Assembly (NCBI GenBank): GCA_043228905.1
Contig: JBHGNT010000001.1
Coordinates: 37,279,425 to 37,343,424, forward strand
Reading direction: 5' to 3'
From: Azolla caroliniana
Taxonomy: Eukaryota > Plantae > Polypodiophyta
DNA length: 64,000 bases
The position numbers were made by a program, and so were the translations under genes. Below, one piece after another: positions 52,313 to 64,000 of the stretch (position 1 is the stretch's first letter; every line of letters starts with the position of its first letter). A model generated the notes under the pieces. That model was not told the DNA's origin. It worked only from the letters and a program-made list of their open reading frames with translations, and made no database searches.

Positions 52313-52688
52313 TTTGTAGGTTTCATGCTATGTCGACATTGGGACATGGCGTCAAGTTAGTGGTGGGATGGTAGGGCGGAGGTTGACAAACAAAGATGGT
52401 GTTAACAACGAAAGCAAGCGGAGAGTAGGGGTTTTGAGGTAAGTGATAGTGTGGTAAGGTAAGGTCAGTCGGTGCCTCCCTCCTCCATAAGTGATAGATA
52501 GTGGGTGCATTGCATTGCATTGTATGGTCGGGTTCAGAGTGAGTGTGGTCCTTTTTTGGTGGGATTAGATATAGATAGTCTTAGATAGAGATGTCAGTCA
52601 CTTAAGTCATCATGAAATTGCATTCATCAGAAGCGGAAAGTTGATGCAGATGCAGATGCAGATGTCCGGTTGGTTGGGTGGACAAAAA

Positions 52689-52855
52689 AGCAAAGGCGTC
52701 CGTCCGTCCGTCCGTCCGTCCGTCCGGCAAGCACAGAACAGAAGGAGGAGGAACAAACACTTGCACTTCTGAAGAAAGAAAAAAAGGTTGAGCTCTCACA
52801 AAAGAGCCCCACCCCATACCATACCATACCATACCATACCATACCATACCATACC
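52689..52855. repeat. Microsatellite cluster upstream of membrin: (CCGT)n and (CCATA)n
   Basis: (cgtc)n at about 52696-52725 and (ccata)n at about 52813-52855. Confidence 0.95.
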
Positions 52856-52898
52856 CAACAAGCCTGACACAACACAGCCAGACAGACAGACAGCGTCC

Positions 52899-55155
52899 AT
52901 GGCCTCTTCTTCCTCTCCCTCTCCCTCTGGAGCTACCATCTCAGACATTTATCAGAAGGCCAGGCACTCCCTTCTCGTCGTCCGCGATGGCATCGAACGA
53001 CTGGAACGCCTCGAATCTTCTTCTTCTTCTTCTTCTTCATCCTCCTCCTCTGCTTCTTCAAAGCCTTTTGGTGCTTCCGTTTCTTCTCTGGATGTCTCCA
53101 ACTCGGACCTTGCACAGCAAACCAAAAGAGATCTCTCTCAGCTCCAACAGTACAGTCTCGAGATGGAGCAGCTTTGGCGTTCTCAGATCGCTAAGCCTCA
53201 TCGAGATCTATGGAAACGGTGGGTTCTATTGATGCCTTCTGCCTCTCTATTCGCTTATTTTGATTCAGATATTGGTTATTGCGTCAATTTCAAGATTTCC
53301 TGGACCAAGGCGTTCACCATCAAGATTCCGTGGATCAAGGCTTAATTTTGGGCAGAATTAGGGACAGTTGGAATCGTCTCTTCCCTTTCCTTTTTCTGCG
53401 CACAATTAGTTGTTGATTGACCTGTGAAAACTGATGCTAATAATTCCATCAATTCCATGCAAGAAACTTGGTGCTGCCTTTTCTGTATACTGAAGAACAA
53501 AGGCTAGTTGGTAGATTTTGTGTTTATCACGAATGAATAAAACCTAGATCTAATCAGATGCGGAAATATAATTCTGAGACCTCACAATTTAGAACTTGCA
53601 GTCCGACAAAAATAATAAGGAATCCCCTGTCACCTTTTGCTTCAAGTCTTAAAGATCTACGCACAGAACAATCACGATTTAATAAGGCTAGGAATCTGAG
53701 GACATCCAATCTGATGAAACTAGGCTTGAATAAAGATCCGTTTCCTTGTAGTAAGTCTATGATAACATGAATTCTCATTCAGGCCACTTTTATGTTTCGA
53801 TCTCCAGCATTCAATTTTGGATCTGGGTATGGATGTTCACACCCAGAAACTAGTATAATACTTATAAAGAGAAATCTGAACTCTGGAACGCACTTAAGAC
53901 CTGTCTGTTTTGATTCCAGTTGTGGTTTTATGAGGAACTTTAAAACCATCTGACAAAAAAAAAATTCATCATTTAGGTTCCTGCTCAACTTCACATACTC
54001 TATTTGTTTTCTTTTAAGCAACCTGCAACAGAACATGGTAATAGTTAATGATTCAATCTCATGCAATGTTTGGGATAGACAGTCATGGAATGCAGGGTAG
54101 ATTTTAGGTTCCGTCATTTGGATAAGTTTTTCTGCTATGCAAAAGTTGATAATTCTATCCCTTGCATTGTTCTGGCATTGCGATGTTTAGGATAGGCAGT
54201 CATGGACTGTAGGGTAGATTTTAGGTTCTGTCATTTGGATAAGTCATTTTGCTACGAAAAGGTTGATTATACTATCCCTTGCATCATGCAAGTTCTGGGG
54301 TTGCGATGTTTGGGATAGGCAGTCATGGAATCTAGGGTAGATTTTAGGTTCCATCATTTGGAAAACTCGTTTTGCTGTGCAAAAGTTGATTATTCTATCC
54401 CCTTGCATTATGCAAGTTCTGGGGTTGCAATCCATAGTTATGGATGATAAGGTTGGTGTGAATTGTCATTAGCTTCTCAAATTCCTATGCTTGCTTTCTT
54501 GTTTTGCTAAATCTTCTGATGAATTGTTAATCGCTGTGCAGAAAGGTAGAACAAATCGCAGAGGAAGCTGATTCTTTGAAGATGGCTTTTGATAAATATC
54601 TAGGCAGGCAAAATAGGCGACAATTAGAGGCAAAACAAAGGGCAGAACTATTCCAAAGGACAGTAAGATTCTAGAAACTCTCTCTCTCTCTGTCAAATTT
54701 TCAATTACTGTTTACCTAGTTTACATGTGTTATACTCAGAGAGGAGATGCAAGTGAAGGAGCCCGGATTATACAAGTCTATGACGCAGAGATGCAAGCAT
54801 TGCAATCTACAAAGAATTCTTCTAGGATGCTTGAAGAGGCATATGCAACAGGTGTAGCCATTCTTGCTAAGTATTCAGAGCAAGGTGACAGATTAAAGGT
54901 GATTGTCCATTTGTTTTCTCAGATTTGAGTTGAATTTGCTATAAGTAAAGCAGTTCCATTGAAATGATTTGCATATGTCTGATGTCAATGCAGCGTGCCC
55001 AGCGTAAGGCTCTGGACATATTGAACACAGTTGGATTGTCGAATTCTGTGCTTAAATTGATAGAGAGGAGGCACCGAGTTGATAAGTGGATATCGTATGT
55101 TGGTATGGCGATTACTGTGATCATTGTGTTTGGGCTTTGGTTCTGGTTAAGGTGA
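52899..55155 (+). CDS. MEMB11: Membrin (Golgi Qb-SNARE, MEMB11/12 / GOSR2 / Bos1 family), 253 aa
   Basis: Exons 52899-53218, 54542-54662, 54740-54898 and 54994-55155. Motifs RDGIERLERLE, RDLWKRKVEQIAEEADSL and LKRAQRKALDILNTVGLSNSVLKLIERRHRVDKWI, plus a C-terminal TM anchor. A poly-Ser insert is encoded by (TCT)n. Confidence 0.95.
54050..54432. repeat. Intronic minisatellite, about 118-bp unit, about 3 copies
   Basis: gatag.cagtcatgga.t..agggtagattttaggtt..tcatttgga..aagttgat.at.ctatccc recurs at about 54074, 54191 and 54314. Confidence 0.93.
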
Positions 55156-56750
55156 ATGCCATTAAAGCGTAACTACACAGAAGGGATTTTTGGAATCTAA
55201 GAATAACAATTGATCTGATCCAGAGATAAATTTTTGGGAAGAATTATGTTGATGATAAGAGCAAACATTTTCCATAGATCTTTGGTCATTTGTGAAATGC
55301 AAGGTGTATCTGTATAAGTAATCAAATGCCAAACTTTATATTCAGCTGTAATTATTATCATCACAGCATCAGGTTCTTTTGATGTATATATAAAATCTGG
55401 GTTAGGCAGCTTTTTGAACCCATTCCAGAGGTAAGCAAAGTCAAACTTGATAATATATTTTATTCTCTATGGATTTACTGCCCTGAAGGCTAATGCGATG
55501 GTGTGCAAATTCATCTCTTTCTCCACATTATTATGACCATTTCATTTTGAAAGGATTTTTTTTTCATCGTGGTACATGAACAAGCACGACCACCACATCT
55601 TGCTTGCTGAAAATGTAGCTTCTTGAATCCGTGATCTAACTGTGGAGGATATGAGTTTCTGTAGCCGTGTTTAATGTATTATGTTTATTTCTATTTGCTG
55701 TGACCCAAAATGAGGGGTGTAAAGTAAAAGCAGAAACACAATCTTAACAAAGCAGAGTAGAGGGAGTGCTAGAAACACAACCTTAAAATGTCTTTGTGAA
55801 ATTGTTACTTTGTTACAACTTATTGCCACAATGGATTATTTCTCTGTTTAAAATATGGTGCATGGAAGCACCATGTCTAGCTTTGAAATCACTTTGAAGC
55901 ACCATGCACTTTGAAATGGAAGGTCTGCAAGGATGTGACTATTTTAAAGGATGAGGAGACACACCACCAACCAATCCATGTACGTTAACAAAGTGCAAGA
56001 AGGAAAAAAAAAGCAAAAGCAGATTTGTATCCTTGCGTTGTGGCAAGGCACATGAAACACATGAAACACAAATGCCTTGTTGCAATGCTACCTGAGCTGA
56101 TATTGCAGAAATACACAAAAAAGACATTGACCCTTGCATGGCATAGACATCCAAATGGAACAAGGATGCTAAGGGAAGGAAATTGTAATATTTGCTTTGC
56201 TTCACTAACGGAAACCCAAGCTGTTGGGATACCTACAAGTAAATCATGAGATTCTCCAATCACATCATCATCTCATCCCAATGCAGTTTAACATGAGAAG
56301 TGCATAGCTGAGCGATCAGTCACTTATTGTTAGCATGATCTTGAAATTGAAACCTGAGATGCACATGCTACCTTAGTCATGAGATCTTGGATGAAAATCA
56401 TTTCACGCAATGCTATGGTGTCAAGCATTCATGCGTGTCCGGCAAGTATTCCCCCACCAATTAGTTCATGCAAGCTCCCCATATACATACATACATATAT
56501 GTGCGCTCTCGAATATCATATATGTACAGTATATTGAAGCGTATACATACATAGAGGAAGTAGCGGCCCTTTGAAAAATATAGATAGCGTTGAGGCGATG
56601 AATGCCTTCAGCACCAGCTAAATTTGGGGGTGGGCACTGGGCCCTACTCGGTGACCCGCGGGATAGAGATATGATTGTATTCGGTTTACCTGTGGGAGCT
56701 CTCTCTCTGTCTCGTATATTATTAGCTCTTTAATTTTCCCGAGGGACGCC

Positions 56751-58351
56751 ATGCCTGCGAAAGCCATGGATTTCTTATGGCAGGAGTTCTTCAGAGATCC
56801 TTCTCAATTCTGGGACAATCGAAACACTAAGGTAAGCAACCATAATGATTTACTTGCGTTCCTTTTTTTTACGAACCCTCCTAGCTTGTTTCACCGTAGC
56901 CGAAACTTCACCCACAGAGAAGCACAAAGTCACCTGATTTTAGACATAAGCTGTCAAAGAGACCCCTGTGGGTCCATGGCTTCCATAATCCACCATGGGT
57001 TCAAGCTTTAGATCTGAATAAGGTAACATTACAAAGCTCCAGTCTGCAATATGAAGACCATTCTTCTCTTTTAAACCTCATAAGGTCATGTGGGAAAAGT
57101 AAGGATCTGCACAAGATCAGAAATATCCATTACGATCTTTTAGACAAGAAGAATGTAGATTTAATGAAGGAAATTTGTTTGGGTACGGCATTGTTAAGTA
57201 CATATGCAAAGTGTGGTGCTTGGGAAGAAGCAAGAAAATTATTTGAAAAGCTTCATGTTCGAGATGTGGTCTCATGGACTGCCGTCATAGCCGCATATGT
57301 TCAACAAGGTATGGCTAATGATGCTTTGGAATGCTTTTATCGTATGAAAGATGAAGGAGTCAACCCAGACGTGGTAACTTATATTTGCATCTTGAAAGCT
57401 TGTGGCATTCTTGGATCTACGCACATTGGAGAACACATAGATACCGAGGTCAGAAGGCTAGGATTATTTCAAAAAAACCCTATGCTTGGAAATGCATTGG
57501 TAGATATGTATGCCAAATGTGGTGATATAGGGAAGGCACAAGAAGTGTTTGAAAAACTTCCTGTTCAAGATGTTGTATCCTGGAATGCATTGATTAGCGG
57601 ATATGTCAAGGAAAAGCTTCTCAATGAAGCTTTGGAATGCTTTTGGAAGATGAAGAAACTAGGGGTATATCCAGATGCGGTCACTTATACTTGCATTTTG
57701 AAGATCTGTGGCATGGTTGCATCCCTTGAGATTGGGGAGAAGATACATGCCAAGATTAAAAAGCAAGGATTATTGCAAAGAGACATTTTGCTTGGCAATA
57801 CATTAGTAGACATGTATGTGAAGTGCGGAGCGCCTGAAAGAGCACAAGAAGTTTTTGAAGAGCTTCCAGTGCGTAATATTGTGTCTTGGACTGCAATGAT
57901 GGCTGGATTTGCCCATTTAGGTGAAGCTAAAGTAGTGTTAGGTCTCTTTGAAATGGTGAAAGCAGAAGGCATTGCCCCAGACTTAGTTATGTTTCTTATT
58001 TTGTTGAGCGCGTGTAATCATGCGGGGCTTTTAGAAGAGGGAGAGAAATGGTTTGAGGAGATGTGTAATGTTTATTCTTTTACTCCAACAGTAGAACATT
58101 ACACTTGTATGATCGATCTATATAGCCGCAAAGGACGTATTGAAAAGGCCAATGCTCTCCTTGATAGGGTATCATCTTCTGATCGTCTGCAGCTATTGTT
58201 AGCTATACTAGGTGTGTGTTTCAAAGAGGGAAATGTAAATCTTGGGGAATGGGCCTTTGAGCAATCAGTAGAGATAGATGAAAAGTGCGTTGTTGCATAT
58301 GTGAGCATGGAAAATTTATATGCTACTGCTGGTATGCACATAGGGAAATGA
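56751..58351 (+). CDS. PLS-class PPR protein with E domain (no DYW) and an N-terminal OSB-type PDF motif, about 504 aa
   Basis: Exon 56751-56831 splices (AAG|GTAAGC...CACAG|AGA) to 56918-58351, in frame with ORF 57164..58351. It has three P-L-S triplets (DVVSWTAVIAAY, PDVVTYICILKAC, LGNALVDMYAKCG), L2/S2 motifs (ILLSACNHAGLLEEG, PTVEHYTCMIDLYSRKG) and an E region ending ENLYATAG. Confidence 0.93.
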
Positions 58352-59267
58352 AATCAAACTTTCGAGAATGAAACATTGAACATTATTTACCTATTTTTTT
58401 CATTTTGCTAATGACATCTATGCTTATTGTACATGCATAACACCAAGAAGGATATCTTAAAATTCAGTGGATTAGTAGTCTGATAACCTAAAAAGTCTTT
58501 TCATATTGTTGCCAACTAGAGTCCTTCCCAATCCCTCTAATCTTGATTATCTCATGAATTCCTTCATGTTGCAATAACATATTATGACATTCTTTGTCTT
58601 TGAGGAACATTTCATAAAATCTATGCAATGCAAAGTTTACCCCATCCATCACACTTTGTTTGAATAATAAATATTGTGCCACATCAAAGAGTCATCTTAC
58701 CAAGATAAAAAACATTATCAATGTCTTTGAGCGATCTTGGCAAGTCAAATTCTTTTGACATGTATTCATTTAACCAAGCTTCAAGTACTACAAAGCTCCA
58801 TATCTTTTCTTTTTCTGAAAAAGTCTTGTGACCCCTTTGTGACATACCAAAAAAGAGTGGATCCCGATTCCCAAGTTTGTAATCTTGCAATTGCAAAAAC
58901 TCAAACCAAATGACAATAAACCAACATGATTTGAACATTTAAAAAATTGGGAATATTTGTCTTTGCTTCACTTGTTGACACCATATATGTATAATGTAAT
59001 TATGGTTCTCCCACCTCCCCTTTACGCATACACACATCCTACCAATGAAGAGAACCTAAATGATGTCTTGAATATGACCATTATTATACATGTGGGTTGG
59101 AACTGGAGGCTTGAAGGAAATCCAATGAAGAGGAACCTAAATAATGTCATGAATATGGCTATTATTATAAATGTGGCTTGAAAAAAATCGAGAAGTCCCT
59201 TTTGTCTTTACAAGTGTTTGTCCACAGAAATAGATGGAGTTTCACTTATTAAAACAACTAGACTTGT

Positions 59268-59580
59268 GTTATTTATGAAAAGTATTATCAAAAGAGTATA
59301 TGCTTTTACCATATTTTCTTCCATCATTTAGGTAATAATACAAAATAAACACAAGACCTTTTAAACCTATGTTTTCCTAATATTAAATAATTTCTCACAA
59401 AAGAGCTACTCTCAAACTTCCTTTTGCATTATTTATGAAGAACATTATCGGAAGAATAGTGTGCATTTACCATACTTTCTTCCATCATTTAAGTAATGAT
59501 ATAAAATAAACACAAGACCTTTTAAACCTATGTTTTCCTAATACTAAATAATTGCTCACAAAAGAACTACTCTCAAACTA
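59268..59580. repeat. Tandem duplication, about 160-bp period
   Basis: ttatttatgaa..tttcttccatcattta.gtaat..aaaataaacacaagaccttttaaacctatgttttcctaata..ctactctcaaact is present twice. Confidence 0.93.
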
Positions 59581-62429
59581 GCCAAATAAGATACATGGTA
59601 ATTCATGTCTCTTAAAAGTTAAATAATGTCATGGTGGACAGAAGAAAGTGCAAAAGGGAAACTAAAAATAGGTTTAAAAAATAACATAACACATCACACC
59701 ATTCGTACATATCTTTGTCGGTATGTTTCTTGATCCAGTTAAAATATGATGGGTAAAAGGTAGCTTCAGGTCGTGTCCACCATTTCTAATTTTGTTTTGC
59801 TTCCAAATTCCAAATTCCATTGGATGCGACCACTAACAAGATATATGCAATTATTTGTTCCAAAACATAATAAATCTAAATTCTAACCCCCTTAGAGTGC
59901 CAATGTTTAAGTTGTTCATTGTGGGTCTTTGTTTCCTTATCCATGGATGGTTTTGTCCCCATGCTTATATTGATAAAGATTGTTCCATATAGTATGCTCT
60001 TTTGCAAAAGCTTGTTTGCATATGCAATGTCCGAAATGAAGATGTGTGCTAAAATAGTGGACGCACACATATATATCTGAGTTTGATCTAGGATACGTGC
60101 CATAATTTAATGTAGTTAATGAATGTTATTTTTAAGTCTATTTTCATGTGGAGTTATATAAGCAATTTAATTACCCGTTATTTGCTATCGTTATACGCCT
60201 ACGAATGATCATTTGTTATTGTTTTAGCATCACATGAAACATGCGTTGAATATCGAAAACTTATTTCACTTAGAGCATTAGCTAAGTGGTTAGGCAATAA
60301 TTGGTTGTAAGCACTTTGAAGACCAAGGCCCATGGTAATAACAAAGTAGTTTCGATATTTTTTGAGTATTTATTGAAAGCTTTATGCATTTGCATGTTTG
60401 GTTGCTACCAGCTTGTACGTTTGATAATGAACCTTGCATTTTTGTGACTTGAGATTTGCACATTTCCACTACATCAAATTCGGTGGATATTGTCTCCATC
60501 AATACGATAGGTTAATTTATTAAACAACAATCCTCCAATGTACAAGCTTTTTCAAATACTTTCGGAACCTTATGAAAGTATGCTTTGTCTTTTTGTGAAG
60601 TTTATTTGTTCATGCTTCACAAGATGCATGTGAAAGTGCTTAGGACGATGAACACACTCTCAACAAGCCCATATATGCATCCAAATCAATGTTTTTCAAG
60701 CATTAAAAACACAACAAAGGTGGTGAAATTAAGCATTTGGGATTTGGCTTTACTAAACCTTGTTGAAAGTGACCACTTAATCTTCACAAGGATGGATGGA
60801 TTGATTTACAACAATGATAGAGTATACATATTCATTCCAAGAGCCATTCATGTATGGGTAGCGCTTTAGATGATTTTGGAATCTGTGAACATAGAAAGAT
60901 AAATGAAATCATTGGGGCAAATAGTGAAACTATATGCTATGTTATTTACTTTTGACAACTTCTAACAACAACAATTGGTTACCTTGATTATTTCCTACTT
61001 TATATGCATTTTAATTCATCAAGTTAGAATAGATTACATGAAGCATCCCTTAAATTTGTGCTATTATACACATGAATATTAGATGTAAAGCATTCCTTAA
61101 AGTCCAAACTATCCATTATAGTTAAACCAAGTTTTTATTGGTAGAAAATAACTATGAATGGACCTTGCATTGTGGTACCTGTTATTGAGTTCGAATAAAG
61201 GAGGATTACAAGTCATGTAAACATTAGAATCAAGATGAGTGGCACGTTGTAAACTTTGTAACTCTTCCTAGCCAGTAAAGCATTTGATTGACATGGGAAA
61301 ACAAAGGCTTTAATCTTCTTGGTTGTTTTGTTTTGTTTTGCAACACATCTCGATTCTCAACATGGAAATATCATGATGGTATCAAACAAAATTGTAAAAC
61401 TATGACTTGGGAGGACATATATGATGTTAATGCCACATTACAAAAGGTCAAATGTAAATTTAATCGATAAAAGTCTACTATGGAATCAATGAAAATGCTT
61501 AAGTTAATTGGTTGAGGCAACAGTTCACGACAAATGAATTAATGGAGATGAGAAGGTGAAGGATGCATTTACACGTAGTAGCGAGTTGGATGGACACGAA
61601 AAGTTATGGTAGTTTTAAGTTTGCGATAGGGTTGTTAATTAGAAGCAAAGGGGTTGGTAACATCAAATGTTGAACATCATGGTTCCACTTTTGGAATTAT
61701 TAGTATTATTATGTTTAAGGTTCTATCCATACAACGATGTGAAATGGGGCTCACTATGAAGACACATTAATATGTATTGCAATATTTCAACTTTCAAGCA
61801 TGAAATATAGAGTAAAGGTTGTGTAAACATTAATCATGGAAATGGTGCATGTATTAAGTACATTTGAAGCTCTCCCCTTGATAAATCTCCCACTTGTGTG
61901 TGCATTATATAATTGACGGTCGTCATGGCCTTCCTCACTTTCCTTAGTTTCAATTTCCTAAGTAAGTATTTTGACCTCAATAACAAGATGATTGATATAC
62001 ATATATAAAGTATTAACCATATTGATAACTTAATAAGTTACTCTTAATGAAATAATAAACTTGGCCAAAGTGTATTCATCAAGACTAGCACTAATGATGT
62101 TCTATAGACATTTTCTTCAAAATTTAACATAACCTCATTACTCCAAGTGAATTAGTGTAGGTGACTATTAAAAGTGTGGATTGCATTTTGGCATGTATCT
62201 ATAGTTAATACAAGATTGACTAGAGTATTTGAAGAAAAAATAGGAGATTTGGTATTAAAAAGCATCAAGGGCATTTTGGAGTTTCCTTTTAAAGATATAA
62301 GCTCATATGTTGCGTTGTCTAATAATATTCTCTCTCTTTCTCTCTTTAGAGTATTCTTTTAAGTAAAAATACTGGACATATTAAAAGAAGACGATGCTAT
62401 GAAGAAACTCTTGCTGTCAATATAAAATA

Positions 62430-62641
62430 GGGAAAAGTACCAGGATACCCCTGGAAGTTCGTCTATTTACCAAAATGCCCATGGAAGTTCCAAATTTACC
62501 AAACTACCCTTATGTCCAAATCTTTATAATTACTTTATAAAGTGTAATTTTTTGGACATAGGGATAGTTTGGTAAATTTGGAACTTCCAAGGGCATTCTG
62601 GTAAATAGACGAACTTCCAGGGGTATCTTGGTACTTTTCCC
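62430..62641. mobile_element. Mutator-type foldback MITE, 212 bp
   Basis: TIRs of about 90 bp (gggaaaagtaccaggatacccctggaagttcgtctatttacc... / ...ggtaaatagacgaacttccaggggtatcttggtacttttccc) and a perfect 9-bp TSD TATAAAATA at 62421-62429 and 62642-62650. Confidence 0.93.
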
Positions 62642-64000
62642 TATAAAATATTATATTGTTGATCGATCGAATTACAAGGTAAAGTGTCTAAGGTGTGCCA
62701 TTATTAAATTAAGACTATAGTTAGCATAAAAGTAAGTTCGCCGAGGACTCTCTGAGTGTACAAGGTCCCAAATAGGGTCAATGTTAGCCTCTTCTTGTGG
62801 ACGGATGGATGGAGGGACGGACGGTAGAAGATATATAATTATAATTATAATCTAATTATGTATATAAGGTGCCCATAAACCCACTTCCAAAAAAATGAAT
62901 TTGTCTGTCATTCATACAAAAGGCCACCGAGACCCTCAGGATATAATCCCACCTCACTTGTAATTCATTATTATGTTGTAACCAACTTCCTGAATGGTGA
63001 TTATCATTCGTTACATTTTTAGGTTGCGTGATTCTCCTCAAAGCAGCGCGCGGTTGCCAGACTTGACAATCACTGTAGTAGTCTGTAACGAACAACTATG
63101 TACAGTACAATACCCTAATTACTCTTCCTCCGATGTCACAGTCTGCATTTCACCCCCCCAACACTTCTGCTCCTCTACACTCCCAACTCCTAAATTATTT
63201 CAATCTCTTTCACCTGAATCCACCAATCTAATCAGACTTTCCAAATTTTGAAGCTCACTCCAATCATGGACTCTCTCACCATTACCTCAAGTGTCATAAA
63301 TATTTTATCGCCATCCCAATTGCCTAATATCGAGTCCATGGAAAATTACTAGCCAGCCTGGTTATGTATGGCCAAATTGGGCAGATTTGAAAAGAATCTC
63401 AGGCCGCTACTTTTATGACCTTTCTTCTTCTTCTTCTTTTTTGACCGGTTCATCCGACGACTCATATAATATGCTCTAACAAGAAGAAGCGCGCCAATCG
63501 AAAACCTAGTAACTCTTGAAACGTGAGTGTTTTTCTCGGATCAATGGTAACTTTACGACCTGCAATTTCTCACACGCCCATTTACTAGGTTTAGTTTGAT
63601 GGATTCATCGATCTCCGACACTTTTCACATACATATGTACATACATGATACTAGTTAATAACACACATTCAAATATCATACATACATTACATACATACAT
63701 ACGTGCATGAGATCTTCTTGAACAGACAGTCTGAGTCTCGTTTTCTCTTCTTCATCTTCCAGCCTTATTTCGGACCCTGCAACAACCCACTATTTCTCAT
63801 GCATACAACTGAATGTCAAGCATAAAGTAAGTACCGCCTCCAATTCGTGTAATTTCTCGTATCATGTTTATCAACGCAACTGAGACTTATCGTATATTAA
63901 TAATTACTCTTCAAATGTCTCTAACGTCATGGATATTATTATTATTATTTAAAGTTATAGGTTCAACGCATTTCATCTTGAAGTCTTTGTGTGTCACATA

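Noticed and set aside
57685-58341. Antisense ORFs over the PPR gene (similar ones overlap SINE1, TBC and RH50)
   Set aside because: Shadow frames of real coding exons.
58440-61900. Possible transposase or Copia remnants (ORFs 58684..58938, 60290..60502, 60585..60869)
   Set aside because: Only vague resemblance; no catalytic motif or termini could be verified without a search.

Overview
Eukaryotic nuclear DNA from a land plant. A fern is the likely source; this is an inference from the style of the PLS-class PPR gene and the gene set, not proven. By reading GT-AG junctions and checking exon phase I reconstructed eight spliced genes: a SINE1/2-like ARM-repeat KASH protein (-), an ePHD/pre-SET/SET protein with degenerate catalytic motifs (+), eIF5A (+), a chalcone-isomerase-fold FAP-like gene whose 3' end I could not find (+), a TBC1D5-like RabGAP (-), plastid DEAD-box helicase RH50 (+), the Qb-SNARE membrin (+), and a PLS-E PPR protein with an N-terminal OSB-type PDF motif (+). 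A ninth, single-exon 66-aa ORF at 5335-5535 (-) ends in GDDDDDSPDVAPAA, the IRON MAN/FEP iron-signalling peptide motif, a family described from flowering plants. Intergenic and intronic DNA holds decayed LINEs, a tRNA-derived SINE head, hAT and Mutator-type MITEs with intact target-site duplications (TSDs), a perfect 51-bp foldback, microsatellites and many short tandem duplications, two of which copy splice sites. The best leads are the IMA-like peptide, the PDF-PPR fusion and the probable pseudo-methyltransferase. No database searches were run.
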